DNA of 64,000 nucleotides. Source: the human T2T-CHM13v2.0 reference genome, Homo sapiens. Positions within the stretch are counted from its first letter, which is position 1. Every line of letters starts with the position of its first letter. The DNA is taken from NCBI RefSeq assembly GCF_009914755.1, contig NC_060929.1. One strand, given 5' to 3'. A program made the translations under genes and the position numbers. The notes under the pieces were generated by a model that was not told the origin of the DNA, searched no databases, and worked only from the letters and a program-made list of their open reading frames with translations. Below, piece by piece: positions 61,262 to 64,000 of this stretch.

Positions 61262-63939
61262 AGAAGCGTTTCCGATTTGGGGTTTTTGCAAATATATAAT
61301 GAGATATCTTAGGGATGAGACTCAACTCTTAACATGAAATTCATTTATGTTTCATATACACCTTATACACATAACCTGAAGGTAGTTTTATACATTATTT
61401 TAAATAATTTTGTGCATGAAACAAAGTTTGTGTACATTGAACCATTGGAAAGCAAAGGTGTCACTAGCCACCCATGTGGACAATCTGTGATTGTTTGGCA
61501 TAACCATTATTTATGACTCTGAATGTATATGCTACTGATAAGCAATAATTTTCTTATGCTTATTCACACATAAGTACTTAGCACTAAAAGATAGGGTACA
61601 CCATTAATATAGTGAAAAAATAATGTTTCAGGATAACTAAACAGCATAGTAGCATCACCGGAATATCTGTTGCTATTAAACAGCAGCAACAAACAACAGC
61701 AGACTTTCAGTCTTCATCTATGAAGCTGTGTTTTGATGAAAAGGTTACCATACACTGTATTTTCTTTTCTTAGGTGAGACAAAGCATCAGAACCAGTTGA
61801 GGGACCAGGAAGTGGGTCGCCTAGGAATGAGAAAGGAGTTAAAACTCCTCCTCTACTGGAGGAGTTTTAAAGCTGTTTCCTCCAGAGTCATCTGTTTCAT
61901 CCACAATTTTTTTTGTCTTAGAAGTCTCTCTGATTTTATAAACTGACATAATTTCTTGTTGTTATGAATGCATGCTGCTCTAATCCTAAGCCAATCACAC
62001 GTTTTCATCAGGTTCATTATAGGCAGTTTTTCTGCAGTGTTAACAATGTCATTTTTGTCATCATTATTATCACAATCACCTTGATTCAGAACCATTTTGG
62101 AGGCTATTTCACCATTTGTCAATGAATGAGTGATTGGAATCTCATCAGTGTTAAAAACTTCTATATCCACTTCTTCCAGCTTTCTGATGGACTCTAAAGG
62201 TATATTTTTTGCATATGTAAGAAGAACAGACATCATTTTTTCTCACTTGACATATGGAATCCTTCAAAGTCACCACCTTATTCATCATCATCACTGAACA
62301 TAATTGCAGGCCAGAGGTTGTGCCAGGCATGGACAACTCTATCTTTAGCCACTGTGTTCCAAGTGTTGACAACAGCATAATATGGCATTCTTCATGCTAA
62401 ACTCCTTTTGAAAACTTTCTACACCCATGCCTATATTCCCTGCTGTAGACTTGTTCAAGAAAGTGTTTTTATATTTACTCTTCATTGATATAAATATACA
62501 AGAGGCTGAATTAATGAAGTCAAATTTTGGGGAAAGTACATCGTATAAACATTATTTCTGGTGAGAATTTTAGCTGGAGGGTGAGCAGAACAGTTGTCAA
62601 GATATAACAAAATGTTACAGCATCATGCATTCCAGCTTCCCCGCAGTGAGTAGAAGCGGCTGGTATAAAATGTTTGTGAAACCAATCAGAAAAGATGTCC
62701 TTGGTGATCCATGCCTTTTTGTTAGCATAAGAATGGACTGATAAGAAATTCACTCCTTGAAAACAGTAAGGACATAAGCTTTTGCCTATCACAACAAGTT
62801 TATACTTATGCATGCCTGCTGCATTAGTACACCCCAGCACAATTATTCTGTCCCTGGCATTCTTAATTCCTGTAGGGGCTGTCTCATCAACTACAGTCAG
62901 TGTCTTTCTGGAGCAATAACACCAAAACAGTGATGCTTTATCAGCATTATAGACTTGTTCGGGCATCAGATTTTCGTCAGCAATGACCTTGACAAACTTT
63001 TCAATGAATTTCTCCACTGCTTCATGATCAGCAGATGCTTTATCACCACAAATCTTTAAAAATTTAATGCCATGACTTTTCTTGAATTTCAGCAACCAAT
63101 TTGTTGAATATTCACAGTTCCCTTCAATCTTCAATATATGATGATCTTTGCTTGTTTCATGATCAGCATACCATTAAGTGGCACATGTTCTTTGTGACAC
63201 TCACATACCCACTCTTTCAATACATGATCGAGATCTTCATTAATAGCTTTATGCAAATGTTTTTCTATTTTTCATTAACTTCTGTTTATCCTTTTCAGCA
63301 CAGAACTTCAACAGTATATCCTTCTGTTTCTTCAGGTCATATATAATGGTCATTCCAACACAACACTCTTCTGTAAGATGTTTCACACTTACACTACAAT
63401 CCAATTTCTCCAACAGCTTGACTTTCTGTGATATGGGTAAACATAAATTCTTCCTCTTTTTGTTTTAATCAACTGTTACCCATAGGGATTTCTGCGGGCC
63501 TTTTTGAGGTTTTCAACAATATCTTTACACCACAGAGTGAAGAATATAGCAAAAAAAAAAACACAGTGAGTCACGTATGTAGGTCTTGGCCCTATGCAGG
63601 ACATCATGGGGAACCCGCATTGGTGTATCCAGCCTGCACTCCTTTTCTTACCCTTTGTGAGTGTGCTTGCATTGAGGAATCTGAGTGTGTGCAGAAAAAA
63701 ATGTATCACAGATGAAGGGGGCTACGAACGTCTTTTCTCCCTTGGGGATACTAAATAAACTGTGCATTGTGCAGCTGTGTTTTGACCGTGACCTATCACA
63801 TGAGGTAAAGTGTGGAATATTGCACCTGACCTCTGATATGTGGTGTCATATCAGAGCTCAGAAAGTTTCAGATTTGGGAAAAGATGTCCTTGGTGACATC
63901 TTTTGGATTTCAGATTTTGGATTAGGGATGTTCAAACTG
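61262..63939 (-). mobile_element. Tigger4/Zombi (TcMar-pogo) DNA transposon, near full length; strand given is that of the transposase
   Basis: Right terminus 'ggatttcagattttggattagggatgttcaaactg' matches the Tigger4/MER46 TIR; left subterminal 'gagatatcttagggatgagactcaac...aaattcatttatgtttcatatacaccttatacacata'; ~2.7 kb. Confidence 0.9.
61853..63510 (-). pseudogene. Fragmented pogo/Tigger transposase (CENP-B/Jerky-like HTH plus DDE_1 domain)
   Basis: ORF 62520-63134 has STNWLLKFKKSHGI (HTH end), VYNADKASLFW (NxDET motif) and KAWITKDIFSDWF; LLYLDNCSAHP lies in a shifted frame near 62580-62610; C-terminal piece is ORF 61853-62236; several frameshifts. Confidence 0.9.
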
Positions 63940-64000
63940 TTTTACCCTAGAGAAACAAAAACTATGTTGACAGAAAAGCCAGAACACGAATGTTTATAGC
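63940..64000 (+). mobile_element. Old L1M ORF2 3' fragment running off the window
   Basis: 'tttaccctagagaaacaaaaactatgttgacag...acacgaatgtttatagc'. Confidence 0.7.

Overview
This is primate (simian, human-like) nuclear DNA, AT-rich and repeat-dense, with an intergenic or intronic character. I can support no intact protein-coding gene, RNA gene or prokaryotic system. The ORF track is mostly chance ORFs or shadows of repeats. Recognisable content: (1) a full-length, disabled gamma-actin (ACTG1-derived) processed pseudogene on the minus strand (~30.4-32.3 kb); (2) a near-full-length Tigger4/Zombi pogo-type DNA transposon with a fragmented transposase (~61.3-63.9 kb); (3) a near-full-length old L1MC-type LINE (~42.9-52.4 kb) carrying a complete two-LTR MST (MaLR) element and a solo MST LTR, and a second old L1 on the minus strand (~36.9-40.6 kb); (4) four Alus, two THE1 solo LTRs, a MER41-type LTR, many MIR, L2 and hAT MER fragments, and microsatellites. 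The best second-look items are rearrangement scars visible directly in the sequence: a foldback plus template-switch inverted duplication inside the L1, a ~45-bp flank duplication around a THE1 LTR, and a thrice-repeated target site bracketing a tandem L1 tail. There are also a few candidate regulatory elements. Repeat subfamily names come from my recall of consensus sequences, and boundaries of old repeats are approximate.
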